Made by a program: the position numbers and the translations under genes. A model generated the notes under the pieces. The model made no database searches, was not told the DNA's origin, and was given only the letters and a program-made list of their open reading frames with translations. This document shows, piece by piece, positions 44,149-53,403 of a stretch of DNA of 64,000 nucleotides; within the stretch, counting starts at the first letter, position 1, and each line of letters opens with the position of its first letter. Origin of the DNA: an uncultured delta proteobacterium (GTDB taxonomy: Bacteria > Desulfobacterota > Syntrophia > Syntrophales > UBA2192); assembly GCA_963802225.1 (NCBI GenBank), contig CAWDHZ010000022.1:66915-130914 (forward strand). The letters run 5' to 3'.

Positions 44149-44937
44149 ATGGCAGGACAGAGTTATGCGGAAGCGGCGGAGTTTATCCGGAACAACGTCA
44201 GGCTCAAAACCTTGCCCCTGGCCGTGAAGTTCCTGAAGGACAAGGCCTTCCCGGAGAAGACCCGCCAGCCATCGGTTGCGCTCGGCAAACGCGTGGCTGT
44301 CTGCCAGGCCGTGTCGATGGCCCGGCTCTATGGCTGGACGGTGGGGCTTGCGAAGGAAGACCTCGTCTGTGTGCCTGCCGGCATCGCCTTCGGGTTCAGC
44401 AATGCCGATGACACGGCTGCCGCCATCGGCAAGCTTTTCTGCGGGGGGGCTTATTCGAGGACAGAGGAAACGGGGACGAGGGAAGGCATGTCGATCTGTC
44501 GTCTCGGCAAGGACCAATATGCAGCCCTGCTCATCGCCCCGCTGGCGAGGGCGAGTTTCGAACCGGACATCGTCGTGCTCTACGGGAATCCCGCACAAAT
44601 CATGCGATTCGTCCAGGCCTGGAGCTACCAGGAAGGGGAACGGATCGTCGGCAACTTCGGCGGGAAGATCGAATGCGCCGAATACCTGATCGCTCCGTTC
44701 AAGGAGCAGAAGCCGCGCGTCGCCGTCCCCGGCATGGGAGACCGGGTCTTTTCCCTCACGCAGGACGACGAGATGGTCTTTTCGCTGCCTGCCAAGGGCC
44801 TTCCGCAACTCGTGACGGGCCTGCAGGAGGCCGGCAAGAAAGTCGGCGCAGGCTATCCCGTGCCGTTCTTTCTGAACTTCCAGCCCGAGTTCCCGCCCCA
44901 CTTCAAGGCGATGGGGAAAGAGCTGGGACTCCTTTAG
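44149..44937 (+). CDS. DUF169 (COG2043) family protein
   Basis: ATG at 44149 after AAAGGAGGG (MAGQSYAEAAEFIRNNVRLKTLPLAVKFLKD...). Family call is from overall similarity as recalled. Confidence 0.6.
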   Translation: MAGQSYAEAAEFIRNNVRLKTLPLAVKFLKDKAFPEKTRQPSVALGKRVAVCQAVSMARLYGWTVGLAKEDLVCVPAGIAFGFSNADDTAAAIGKLFCGGAYSRTEETGTREGMSICRLGKDQYAALLIAPLARASFEPDIVVLYGNPAQIMRFVQAWSYQEGERIVGNFGGKIECAEYLIAPFKEQKPRVAVPGMGDRVFSLTQDDEMVFSLPAKGLPQLVTGLQEAGKKVGAGYPVPFFLNFQPEFPPHFKAMGKELGLL

Positions 44938-44963
44938 TGGTCTGTGACCGGTGAAAGAGAATG

Positions 44964-45225
44964 AGGGACCAGGGACAAGGGTGCAGGGACGAAAAAAAGT
45001 GTCTGAGTGTCTAAGTGTCTGAGTGAAGACATAAGAAAGATGGTCATCGCGGGCCGAGCCTCTATCAAATTTCTTCCATAATCTCCCTCTCCCTTGAGGG
45101 GAGAGGGAGATTATGGTGTAGGGTATTAACAGGCGTGGCGATCCACGACAGAGATATTTCTTGAGATTGCTTCGTCGCTCCGCTTCTCGCAATGACGGGA
45201 CAGACGGGACAGACCGGATAGACAA
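44964..45225. repeat. Mosaic of shared intergenic modules: GGGACCAGGGAC-type, (GTGTCTGAGT)n, a 65-nt module shared with 51384-51448, a perfect 16-bp hairpin, the GATTGCTTCGTCGCT..CTCGCAATGAC module, and (GGGACAGAC)n
   Basis: Region 44964-44995 is similar to 57657-57687. Region 45015-45079 is about 90% identical to 51384-51448. Hairpin ataatctccctctccc/gggagagggagattat at 45078-45114. Region 45163-45196 is similar to 19219-19259. Confidence 0.8.
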
Positions 45226-45230
45226 GCCAC

Positions 45231-45728
45231 ATGCAGATCCGCTTCGAGAAGATGGTTGAGGGCGATCGCGAGGCCGTGATCGACCTTTTCAACTATTACA
45301 TCGAGAACAGCTTCGCGGCGTACCCGGAAAAGAAGGTCCCCTATGGCCTCTTCGACCAGTTCCTGGCATTGACGGCAGGCTATCCCTCCTTCACGGTGAG
45401 GGATGAAGGGCAGGGAGATCGAATCATGGGCTTTTCTTTTCTGAGGCCCTATCACCCGTTCCGTGAATTTCAACGGGCGGCGGAAATCACCTATTTCATC
45501 GAACCGGGTTACACGGGGAAAGGAATCGGCTCGCGAATCCTCGAGCGAATCGTCGATGAGGCAAGGCGCAAGGGGATCGACACGATCCTCGCCAACGTTT
45601 GCTCGCTCAACGAATCGAGCCTGCGCTTCCACGAGCGACACGGGTTTGCCGAGTGCGGGCGATTCAGGCGAGTCGCGAAAAAGAAGGGGCGGGATCTCGA
45701 CGCCGTCTGGATGCAGAAGACTCTGTAA
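45231..45728 (+). CDS. GNAT-family N-acetyltransferase (phosphinothricin-acetyltransferase-like)
   Basis: 165 aa. Contains ...ITYFIEPGYTGKGIGSRILERIVDEARRKGI...FHERHGF... Confidence 0.8.
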   Translation: MQIRFEKMVEGDREAVIDLFNYYIENSFAAYPEKKVPYGLFDQFLALTAGYPSFTVRDEGQGDRIMGFSFLRPYHPFREFQRAAEITYFIEPGYTGKGIGSRILERIVDEARRKGIDTILANVCSLNESSLRFHERHGFAECGRFRRVAKKKGRDLDAVWMQKTL

Positions 45729-45805
45729 GGAGCAGCGAAACGGATTGCTGCGTGCGACGAGTGGGCGTTCATCGCGCTGATGGTAGGGAAGGATAGTCTT
45801 ATCCG

Positions 45806-47968
45806 ATGGCTCGCTTGATCAAAGAAACACTGAATCCCGAACTGCGATGGAAGATCCTGATCGGCTTGTCTCTGGCTGTCCTCACGATGATGGTCTACTG
45901 GCAGCTCGGCGGATTCGATTTTGTTCGCTACGATGATGACAGGTACATCACGGAGAATCCGATCGTCAGCAACGGACTGACCCTGGAGGGAATCCGGTGG
46001 GCCTTCAGCTCTTTCGAACAGGGCAACTGGCATCCATTGACCTGGCTCTCCCACATGCTCGATGTTCAGTTGTTCGGGCTCGACGCGGGAAGACACCACC
46101 AGGTCAATCTTCTTTTTCATGTCCTGAACACGCTGATCCTGTTTGCTTTTCTGCAGAGAATGACGGGGGCCCTGTGGAAAAGCGGTTTCGTTGCAGCGCT
46201 CTTCGCCCTGCATCCCCTGCATGTGGAATCGGTTGCCTGGATCGCCGAGAGGAAGGATGTCCTCAGTGCATTCTTCTTTCTGCTCACGCTGCTCGCCTAT
46301 GAACGCTATGCCCGGAGGCCGGGATTGCGGGGTTATATTTTCGTCGCGGTCCTCTTTGCGCTGGGGCTTCTGTCAAAACCCATGATCGTGACGCTGCCCT
46401 TTGTTCTTCTGCTTCTCGATTTCTGGCCCCTGGATCGCTTCCGGTCTGAAGTCCGGGGAGGCGACGCGTCGGCAGCGGGGATCATTTCGCTGATGAAGGC
46501 CAACCGCGGGCTCTTCCTGGAGAAAATCCCTCTTTTTGCGCTGTCGGCCGCATCGTGCGCCGTGACGGTCATTGCCCAGCAAGGCGCCATGAAGGCGCTC
46601 GAGGCCGTTCCTCTTGACTTTCGCATTCTCAACGCGATTGTGGCCTACGCAGAATATCTTTACCGGTGTTTCGTCCCTGTGGATCTGGCCGTGTTGTATC
46701 CCTATGCGGGAAGCATACCGCCATGGCAGGCGCTCGTTTCTTCGGCCGTGCTCATTGCCGTGACTGCCCTGGTGATCTTCCGGCGAAAGACGCCGGCGTT
46801 GATGGTCGGCTGGTTCTGGTACCTCGGGACCCTGGTCCCCGTCATCGGTATTGTGCAGGTCGGCGTGCAAGCCACGGCTGACCGGTATACGTATATTCCT
46901 TTCATCGGACTGTTCATCCTGCTGACATGGCTCGTCGACGATTTGTCCGCCAGGGTGCCGCATCGCAAGGCCTTGCTTGCATCGGCGGCTTTGCTCCTTC
47001 TCGCGGGTCTCTCGGCGGGCACAGTTTCTCAGGCAAGATACTGGGTGAACAGTGAAGTACTCTTCGAGCACACCCTTCAGACGACAAAAGACAATTACGT
47101 CATCCACTGCAATCTCGGCGCCTATTTGGCCGGCCAGGGAAGGGTGGAGGAAGCGATCCGTCATTACAACGAGGCATTGAGGATCAAACCCGATGACGGG
47201 GACACCCACTACAACCTGGCAAACGTGCTGGCCCGGCAGGCCAAGTGCCCGGAGGCCGTTGCGCATTACCGTGAAGCGGTGAAGGCCGCACCCGACTCCG
47301 TCATGGCGAGGAATAACATGGCCCTCTGCCTGATCCAAACGGGTGACCGACAGGCGGCGATCGAACAGTTTCAGGAAATTCTGCGCCTGAAACCGGGCTT
47401 TGAACCGGCGAGACGGAACCTCTCCACGCTGATGGCGGCACAGGAAACGATGAGAAGAACGACAGCCGGGGGGCGCGATCCTGTACGGGCGGAAGGGGGT
47501 TCCCTGAAAGAGCATATGCGCCTCGGTCAGGAAGCCGTCAAGAGTGGCGATCTGGACGGCGCCATCGTTCATTTCCGTCGAGCCGCGCGGGTCGCCCCGG
47601 ACGATCCGGGGGCCCACATCGGTCTCGGCCTCGCACTGGCCTACAGGGGGGAGATCGATGAGGCGATCCGCCATTTTCGGCTGGCGCTCAAACGGGATCC
47701 CGAAAACGCGGAGGTGCAGAACAGCCTCGGTGTGGCGCTGATGCAGAAAGGTCAGCTCGATGAAGCCCAGACGCACCTTCAGAAGGCAATCAAGATAGAC
47801 CCCCGCTTCGCAAAGGCGCACAACAGTCTGGGGGTTCTTCTTGCCAGAAAAGGCAAATGGGATGAAGCCATGGATCAATTTCAGGAAACACTGCGCATCG
47901 ACCCTGCCAACAAGGATGCGGAAAAAAATATTGCGCTGGTCCGGAATCTCAAGGCTAAATCGAAATAA
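45806..47968 (+). CDS. Membrane protein with an N-terminal PMT/TMTC-like glycosyltransferase-type polytopic domain and C-terminal TPR repeats
   Basis: 720 aa. About 10 TM segments in the first ~420 aa, then repeated ...A...Y..AL...P....A..NLG... TPR units. Confidence 0.75.
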   Translation: MARLIKETLNPELRWKILIGLSLAVLTMMVYWQLGGFDFVRYDDDRYITENPIVSNGLTLEGIRWAFSSFEQGNWHPLTWLSHMLDVQLFGLDAGRHHQVNLLFHVLNTLILFAFLQRMTGALWKSGFVAALFALHPLHVESVAWIAERKDVLSAFFFLLTLLAYERYARRPGLRGYIFVAVLFALGLLSKPMIVTLPFVLLLLDFWPLDRFRSEVRGGDASAAGIISLMKANRGLFLEKIPLFALSAASCAVTVIAQQGAMKALEAVPLDFRILNAIVAYAEYLYRCFVPVDLAVLYPYAGSIPPWQALVSSAVLIAVTALVIFRRKTPALMVGWFWYLGTLVPVIGIVQVGVQATADRYTYIPFIGLFILLTWLVDDLSARVPHRKALLASAALLLLAGLSAGTVSQARYWVNSEVLFEHTLQTTKDNYVIHCNLGAYLAGQGRVEEAIRHYNEALRIKPDDGDTHYNLANVLARQAKCPEAVAHYREAVKAAPDSVMARNNMALCLIQTGDRQAAIEQFQEILRLKPGFEPARRNLSTLMAAQETMRRTTAGGRDPVRAEGGSLKEHMRLGQEAVKSGDLDGAIVHFRRAARVAPDDPGAHIGLGLALAYRGEIDEAIRHFRLALKRDPENAEVQNSLGVALMQKGQLDEAQTHLQKAIKIDPRFAKAHNSLGVLLARKGKWDEAMDQFQETLRIDPANKDAEKNIALVRNLKAKSK

Positions 47969-48026
47969 TGCGTTGTTGGCGGATGGCGGCAGCGGAGGGA
48001 AAAACGAATCAGGGGAGACGGTCAAG

Positions 48027-48824
48027 ATGAAAATCGGTTATGTGCAGTTCAATCCGACATTCGGTGACGTGGACAGAAATCTCGACCGGGCCGAGGCGCT
48101 CATCGAGGGGACCAAGGCGGATCTGCTGGTGCTGCCGGAGCTCTTCAACACGGGCTATCTGATCAACTCGAAGGAGGAGATTGGCGCCCTCGCCGAGGAA
48201 GCGCCCGGGGGCAAAACGACGCAACGGCTCGCAGCCCTCGCAAAGAGAAACCATGTCCATCTCGTTGCGGGGATGGCCGAACGCAGCGGCGAGAAGATTT
48301 TCAATGCCGCCATCCTGGTTTCTCCGAAGGGATTTGCAGCGAGCTACCGCAAGGTGCACCTCTTTTTCGAGGAGAAGCTCTGGTTCGACCCGGGTGACGG
48401 CGAGTTTCCCGTCTGCGACATCGGGCTGTGCAGGGTCGGGATCATGGTCTGCTTCGACTGGTTTTTTCCGGAATCCATGCGGATGCTCGCCCTGAAGGGG
48501 GCCCAGGTCGTCTGCCACCCCTCCAACCTCGTTCTTCCCTACTGCCAGACGGCCATGGTCACGCGATGCCTGGAAAACAGGGTCTTTGCCGTCACGGCGA
48601 ATCGAACGGGGACGGAGCAGCGGGGCGACAAGAGCCTTCATTACACGGGGAAGAGCCAGATTACGGACACGGCGGGAAACATCCTGTCGAGGGCCGGCGA
48701 AGACGAGGAGTGCGTGGGCGTGTTCGACATCGACCCCGCAAAAGCGCTCGACAAGCAACTCAACCCCCACAACAACCTCTTCGGGGACCGGAGGCCCTCC
48801 TTCTATAGGGACATCTGCCGTTAA
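48027..48824 (+). CDS. Carbon-nitrogen hydrolase (nitrilase superfamily) protein
   Basis: ATG at 48027. Glu in LLVLPELF and Cys in GIMVCFDWFFPE, typical of the CN-hydrolase triad. Confidence 0.85.
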   Translation: MKIGYVQFNPTFGDVDRNLDRAEALIEGTKADLLVLPELFNTGYLINSKEEIGALAEEAPGGKTTQRLAALAKRNHVHLVAGMAERSGEKIFNAAILVSPKGFAASYRKVHLFFEEKLWFDPGDGEFPVCDIGLCRVGIMVCFDWFFPESMRMLALKGAQVVCHPSNLVLPYCQTAMVTRCLENRVFAVTANRTGTEQRGDKSLHYTGKSQITDTAGNILSRAGEDEECVGVFDIDPAKALDKQLNPHNNLFGDRRPSFYRDICR

Positions 48825-48868
48825 TCGTTTGGCTTGAGAGGGTCACGCCCGCAGAAACGGGTTGATCG

Positions 48869-48972
48869 GGAAGTTAGGAAGTTATGAAGTTATGAAGCTA
48901 GGATCATCGGGAAAAAGTCATTCGTTTTTGTTGGCTTGTCCGAACTTCCTGACTTCCTATCTTCTTAACTTC
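48869..48972. repeat. Short-tandem-repeat hairpin (GAAGTTAKG words) between convergent genes
   Basis: ggaagttaggaagttatgaagttatgaagcta ... gaacttcctgacttcctatcttcttaacttc. Confidence 0.8.
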
Positions 48973-49888
48973 TGCCTTTGTCCGGGGGCAGGCGGACTTC
49001 GACGAACTTCCGGTAGCCGATGGCGCTGAACTGGTCCAGGATGGTGGAACCGAGGGTCGAATCAATCGTTGCGTCGGGCAGGGGGGATTCGACAATGAGC
49101 TTGCCGTGCTTCGCGAAGCTCTGCCGGACAACGAGGTCGGCAAGGTCGATCACCGCCAGCGGCGAGAGCGTCCGGTGCAAAAGAGAAAAGTGCTTGTGGA
49201 GGAAGGTTTCCTCCATGTAGTCGGGCAGTTCGAACTTCCTGAGGAGGGCCAGGCCCAGCAGCGGGTGCCACGTCGAGACGAAGTTTTCGTCCAGGGACGT
49301 GGATTCCTGGATCTCATAGAGGATGGCGGGGATCCGGCCGATCTCGAGAAGAAGCGACCCCATCTCCACCCTCTCCACGGCCGTGCTTTTGAACCCCATC
49401 TCTTCCGCCAGGATGCGGCCGAGAATGGCCCGGGAGAAGCTCCTTCCCGCCAGGGGTTCCAGGGCCGGGTCGAGCAGAAAGAGGGCCAGCGCGAGGATGT
49501 AGATCTTTGCCGGTTTCATCCCCATGCGCATGACCACTTTCGTGAAGCTGCTCGAATCGCCGGATTTCACCTTGCCGAACAGGATGACGGAGTTCGCGCG
49601 GCCCAGCAGGCGGGCGACGATCTGCTCCTTGATTTTGAATTTGAGCCGCTCGATGTCGGTCTGGTGGGCGTCCTCGTTGTCCAGGACGATGAGGACGGAT
49701 GGATCGAATCCGAGATTGAGTTTTTCGATCACCTTCTCATAGATATCCGACAGCCGGGCGAGATCCGGTTCGGGGACCTCCCGTTTCAACTCGGCAATCA
49801 GGCTTTCCATGTTGCTGTTCATTCCGGCATCCCCCTCCGCATTCGGGGAGCTCGAGTCGGCATGGTGTTTATACGATGACCTGACCAT
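48965..49888 (-). CDS. Hypothetical protein, possibly a degenerate HDOD-like signalling domain
   Basis: 307-aa ORF. An alternative ATG at 49822 is preceded by GGAGGGGG. The GSLLLEIGRIPAIL segment resembles the HDOD core but lacks the HD pair. The functional call is weak. Confidence 0.5.
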   Translation of the reverse strand: MVRSSYKHHADSSSPNAEGDAGMNSNMESLIAELKREVPEPDLARLSDIYEKVIEKLNLGFDPSVLIVLDNEDAHQTDIERLKFKIKEQIVARLLGRANSVILFGKVKSGDSSSFTKVVMRMGMKPAKIYILALALFLLDPALEPLAGRSFSRAILGRILAEEMGFKSTAVERVEMGSLLLEIGRIPAILYEIQESTSLDENFVSTWHPLLGLALLRKFELPDYMEETFLHKHFSLLHRTLSPLAVIDLADLVVRQSFAKHGKLIVESPLPDATIDSTLGSTILDQFSAIGYRKFVEVRLPPDKGRS

Positions 49889-50121
49889 CGACCATCGGGA
49901 GATTCAGAGGGCGCAAGTGAGGTTCCACGGTCGCAGTCGGTCGCGGTCAGCATGAGCGTGATAAAATGAGATCGGTTCGTCATAGAGATTCAGTCGCAGA
50001 AGTCGCCATGCCGATGGTCAGGTCCTCGTATAAACAACATCCCTCACGGGTTATGAAGCAATAACCATACCATGATCGACAGGAACGCCTTCGGCGTCCT
50101 TCCGTAAGGCGCTGATTTCAC

Positions 50122-50151
50122 TTGACAGTTCTCTGCCCGAGGTCCTATCTA
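50122..50151 (+). promoter_or_regulatory. Candidate sigma70-like promoter of corA
   Basis: TTGACA at 50122-50127, 18-nt spacer, TATCTA at 50146-50151. This gives a leader of about 100 nt. Confidence 0.3.
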
Positions 50152-50258
50152 GAGTTATTACCGCCTTGTTCCTTCGCCGAGAGGGCGCCCGACATCCCGA
50201 AGTCGGAGTGAACAGGAGCCGCAGGGGGTTTTGAAATCCTTTGGCCTGGGGTGAGTCC

Positions 50259-51323
50259 ATGCGTAAAAGTTACATCAAGCGATCCAGAAAGACGGGCCTC
50301 CCGCCCGGAAGCCTCGTCCACATCGGGACGGAGCGGACGGAAAAGACCCGGATCACCGTGGTCGATTATGCGGAAGATCACTTCGAGGAACGGGAGATTC
50401 AATCGACCGACGAACTGGCCCCCTACTGCGGCAAGTCGACCGTCACGTGGATCGATGTCGTCGGGATCCACGAGCCCCATGTCATCGAGCAGATCGGCGG
50501 CCAGTTCCACATCCATCCGCTGCTGATGGAAGACATCATGAACACGACGCAGCGGCCGAAGATCGACGATCTGGGAAAATACATCTGCCTGATCATCAAG
50601 CTGATCACTTTCGACGAGAAGGCGATGGAGCTCCGGTTCGAGCAGCTGAGCCTCGTGTTCAACGACGATTTCGTCCTGTCCTTCCAGGAGTCCGAAAGCG
50701 GGATTTTCAAGCCCCTCCGTGAGCGGATACGAAACAACCTCGGGCGGATCCGCAAGATGGGGACGGACTACCTGGTCTACACCTTCATGGACGCCGTGGT
50801 GGATCACTATTTTGTCGTGATGGAGAAAATGGGGGAGAAGATCGACATCCTGGAGGATGAGGTCGTGGCGAACCCGAGGCGCGAGACGCTGAAGGGCGTC
50901 CAGCAGCTGCGAGATGAGATCCTGCTCGTGCGCCGCTCCGTCTGGCCGTTGCGCGAGGTCGTCTCCCTTCTCGAGAGGGCCGAGTCCCCTCTCGTCGATA
51001 AAACGACGGCCATCTACTTCCGCGACGTCTACGAGCACACGATCCAGGTCATGGATACGGTGGACACCTACCGGGACATCCTCTCGGGGATGTTTGACAT
51101 CTATCTCTCCAGCATCAGCAATCGCCTCAACGAGGTCATGAAGGTGCTCACGATCATTGCGACGATCTTCATGCCCCTGACCTTTCTCGCCGGCGTCTAC
51201 GGAATGAACTTCGAACACATGCCGGAGCTCAAGTGGCGATACGGCTACTTTATGCTCTGGGGTGTGATGATCGTCATCGCGCTGACGATGCTCTCGTATT
51301 TCAGGAAGAGGAAATGGATCTGA
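50259..51323 (+). CDS. corA: CorA-family Mg2+/Co2+ transporter
   Basis: ATG at 50259. YGMNF (GMN) motif followed by two C-terminal TM helices. Confidence 0.9.
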   Translation: MRKSYIKRSRKTGLPPGSLVHIGTERTEKTRITVVDYAEDHFEEREIQSTDELAPYCGKSTVTWIDVVGIHEPHVIEQIGGQFHIHPLLMEDIMNTTQRPKIDDLGKYICLIIKLITFDEKAMELRFEQLSLVFNDDFVLSFQESESGIFKPLRERIRNNLGRIRKMGTDYLVYTFMDAVVDHYFVVMEKMGEKIDILEDEVVANPRRETLKGVQQLRDEILLVRRSVWPLREVVSLLERAESPLVDKTTAIYFRDVYEHTIQVMDTVDTYRDILSGMFDIYLSSISNRLNEVMKVLTIIATIFMPLTFLAGVYGMNFEHMPELKWRYGYFMLWGVMIVIALTMLSYFRKRKWI

Positions 51324-51383
51324 GGGGCCGCTGCGCGGCAGTGAAGAAGTGGTCAGTAGCTTGTGGTTAGTGAAGGAATGAGA

Positions 51384-51485
51384 GTGTCTGAGTGAAGACA
51401 CTACAAAGACGGTCATCGCGAGCCGAGCCTCTAGCAAATTCCTTCCATCCCATTTCCCAATACCCAATACCCATTTCCCGATTCC
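51384..51485. repeat. Shared intergenic modules: a 65-nt module (also at 45015-45079) followed by CCCATTTCCCAAT-type words (also at 44105-44131)
   Basis: gtgtctgagtgaagacactacaaagacggtcatcgcgagccgagcctctagcaaattccttccat, then cccatttcccaatacccaatacccatttcccgattcc. Confidence 0.8.
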
Positions 51486-51504
51486 TGTCTTCTTCACCGG
51501 CCTC

Positions 51505-52797
51505 TCACATGAAGCCGAGAACATCCGGCAGCCATAGCACCAGCGCGGGGAAGAAGACCATGGCCACGAGGCCCAGGCCCATGAACAGGAGCAGCCAGAT
51601 GACCCACCGTACGGTGGACTCCATGGACGCGCCCGTCAGCCGGCAGCTCACCATGAGGTTGACGGCCATGGGCGGGCAGAACTGCCCCATGGCGATGACA
51701 TACGTCATCATGACACCGAACCACACCAGGTCCCAGTTGAAATCCGTGGCAATGGGTATGAAGAGCGGGCAGAAGATGAGGAAAATCGATATCCCGTCGA
51801 GGAACATGCCCGCAATCTTCAGGAAGATCAGGAGAATAAACAGCACGGCCAGGGAATTTCCGCCCCCGAGAGCCACCAGGCCCCTGGTGATCGGGTCGAC
51901 GATGCCGAGCGTGGCCGTAGCCCAGGCGAATACGCTTGCCAGACCGATCACGACCAGGATGACGGCGGAGGTCTCCGCGGACTCGATGAGCAGTTCAAGC
52001 AGGTCGCGCAGGGTGAGCGATCGGTAGATCACAAACCCGACGAAGAGGCCGAAGACCACGGCCATGACCGCGGCTTCCGTGGGGGTGAACCATCCCGTGC
52101 GCAGCCCGCCCAGGATGAGCACCGGCGCGGACAGCGCCCAGGAGGCATCTTTGAGGGAAGGCCAGAATTTCGGCAGGGGCTCCGTGCTCTGATCGACGCC
52201 GAAGTTGTACTTCCGGCTGAGGTAGAGCGCCGGGATGATGAGCAGGACGCAGGCCATGATCCCGGGGACGACGCCGCCCACGAAAAGGGCCGGCACGGTG
52301 GCCGAGGGCACCAGCACGCTGTAGACAATGAATGCCACCGACGGCGGGATCAGGATGTCCGTGGACCCCGCAGCCGCCGTGACGGAGGCCGCAAAGGCCG
52401 GCGGATATCCGTTGCGCATCATGGCGGCGAGCATGACCCCGCCCACGGCGGCCGTGCAGGCAGGCCCCGATCCGGATATCCCGCCGATGACCATGGCCAC
52501 CAGGATGGTGATGACCGCCAGGGCTCCCCGGCCGCGTCCGATGATGGCCTCGGCGAACCGCAGCAGCCGCTCCGCGACACCGGCCCGGTCGAAGATGGCG
52601 CCCGCCAGGACGAACATGGGGATGGCAAGAAGCGGATACTTGGCGATCCCCGTGTAGAAATTGGTCGGGAAGGCCATGATGCCGAGCTTGCCCATGGCGA
52701 TGGCCGCGGTTCCCGCCAGGCCCAGGGAAACGGCGATGGGTACGCCGCCAAACATCATGATAAAGAAGGCGCCGAAGAGAAGGGTAACCAGAACCAT
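51505..52797 (-). CDS. dctM: TRAP transporter large permease (DctM family)
   Basis: ATG at 52797 (MVLVTLLFGAFFIMMFGGVPIAVSLGLAG...), overlapping the dctQ stop (ATGA). 431 aa, polytopic. Confidence 0.9.
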   Translation of the reverse strand: MVLVTLLFGAFFIMMFGGVPIAVSLGLAGTAAIAMGKLGIMAFPTNFYTGIAKYPLLAIPMFVLAGAIFDRAGVAERLLRFAEAIIGRGRGALAVITILVAMVIGGISGSGPACTAAVGGVMLAAMMRNGYPPAFAASVTAAAGSTDILIPPSVAFIVYSVLVPSATVPALFVGGVVPGIMACVLLIIPALYLSRKYNFGVDQSTEPLPKFWPSLKDASWALSAPVLILGGLRTGWFTPTEAAVMAVVFGLFVGFVIYRSLTLRDLLELLIESAETSAVILVVIGLASVFAWATATLGIVDPITRGLVALGGGNSLAVLFILLIFLKIAGMFLDGISIFLIFCPLFIPIATDFNWDLVWFGVMMTYVIAMGQFCPPMAVNLMVSCRLTGASMESTVRWVIWLLLFMGLGLVAMVFFPALVLWLPDVLGFM

Positions 52798-53297
52798 CAG
52801 TCCTTCCTCCTCCACGCGCGGATCATCGCGCCGACGGCGCGACCGCAAATCGCCAGGGATAATACCGGCAGCCAGACGGTGTAAATCCAGGTCGGCAGGC
52901 CGAGACCGGGAGAGGTGACCTCGAAGCGGTACTCGTCCCAGGCCATCCGGCCTCCATAGAACGCCAGCAGCGCAAACATGAGGACGGAGATGGCGTGGGC
53001 CGCGCATACGACAAAACGCCGTCTCTCCGGCGAAAGCCTGTCCACCACGAACATGATGTTCAGGTGGCCGCCCTTTGCCATGACGCTCGAGCCGCCGAGA
53101 AGCGCCACGAGCACCATGAGAAATATGGAAATCTCCTCGGTGAACGCAAAGGAGAAATTCGTCAGGTAGCGCACCACCACGTTGGCGAACGTGATGAGCC
53201 CCAGAACACCGATTGTGATTCCGGCCGCGTATTCTTCGAATTTCAGAGGCACCCGGGTTTTGAGATCTTTGGCCTCTCGTGAAGGTTGACATTCCAT
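52797..53297 (-). CDS. dctQ: TRAP transporter small permease (DctQ family)
   Basis: 166 aa with four TM segments, between dctP and dctM. Confidence 0.85.
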   Translation of the reverse strand: MECQPSREAKDLKTRVPLKFEEYAAGITIGVLGLITFANVVVRYLTNFSFAFTEEISIFLMVLVALLGGSSVMAKGGHLNIMFVVDRLSPERRRFVVCAAHAISVLMFALLAFYGGRMAWDEYRFEVTSPGLGLPTWIYTVWLPVLSLAICGRAVGAMIRAWRRKD

Positions 53298-53334
53298 GGG
53301 TCGCTTACCCCGTGCGGAGAAAAATCAAACCGGG

Positions 53335-53384
53335 AAAAAGCAATGGCACGCGCGTCGATCCGGACGATCGGGCGCGTGCCATTG
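53335..53384 (-). terminator. Intercistronic stem-loop with a T-run after dctP (partial terminator / mRNA stabiliser)
   Basis: Perfect 13-bp arms caatggcacgcgc (53341-53353) and gcgcgtgccattg (53372-53384). The minus strand is then followed by cttttt. Confidence 0.55.
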
Positions 53385-53403
53385 TCATTTGTCGCGGGAA
53401 AGA

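Noticed and set aside
43861-45225. 454-aa minus-strand ORF spanning the fadA-DUF169-GNAT spacers
   Set aside because: It runs through three repeat-filled intergenic regions and antisense to the DUF169 gene. Its recognisable pieces (REAERRSNL..., SPQGRGRLW...) are translations of repeat modules, not protein domains.
50152-50258. M-box (ykoK) Mg2+ riboswitch upstream of corA
   Set aside because: The leader is only about 100 nt and lacks the three-helix M-box architecture and conserved segments as I recall them. It is kept only as an unclassified structured leader.
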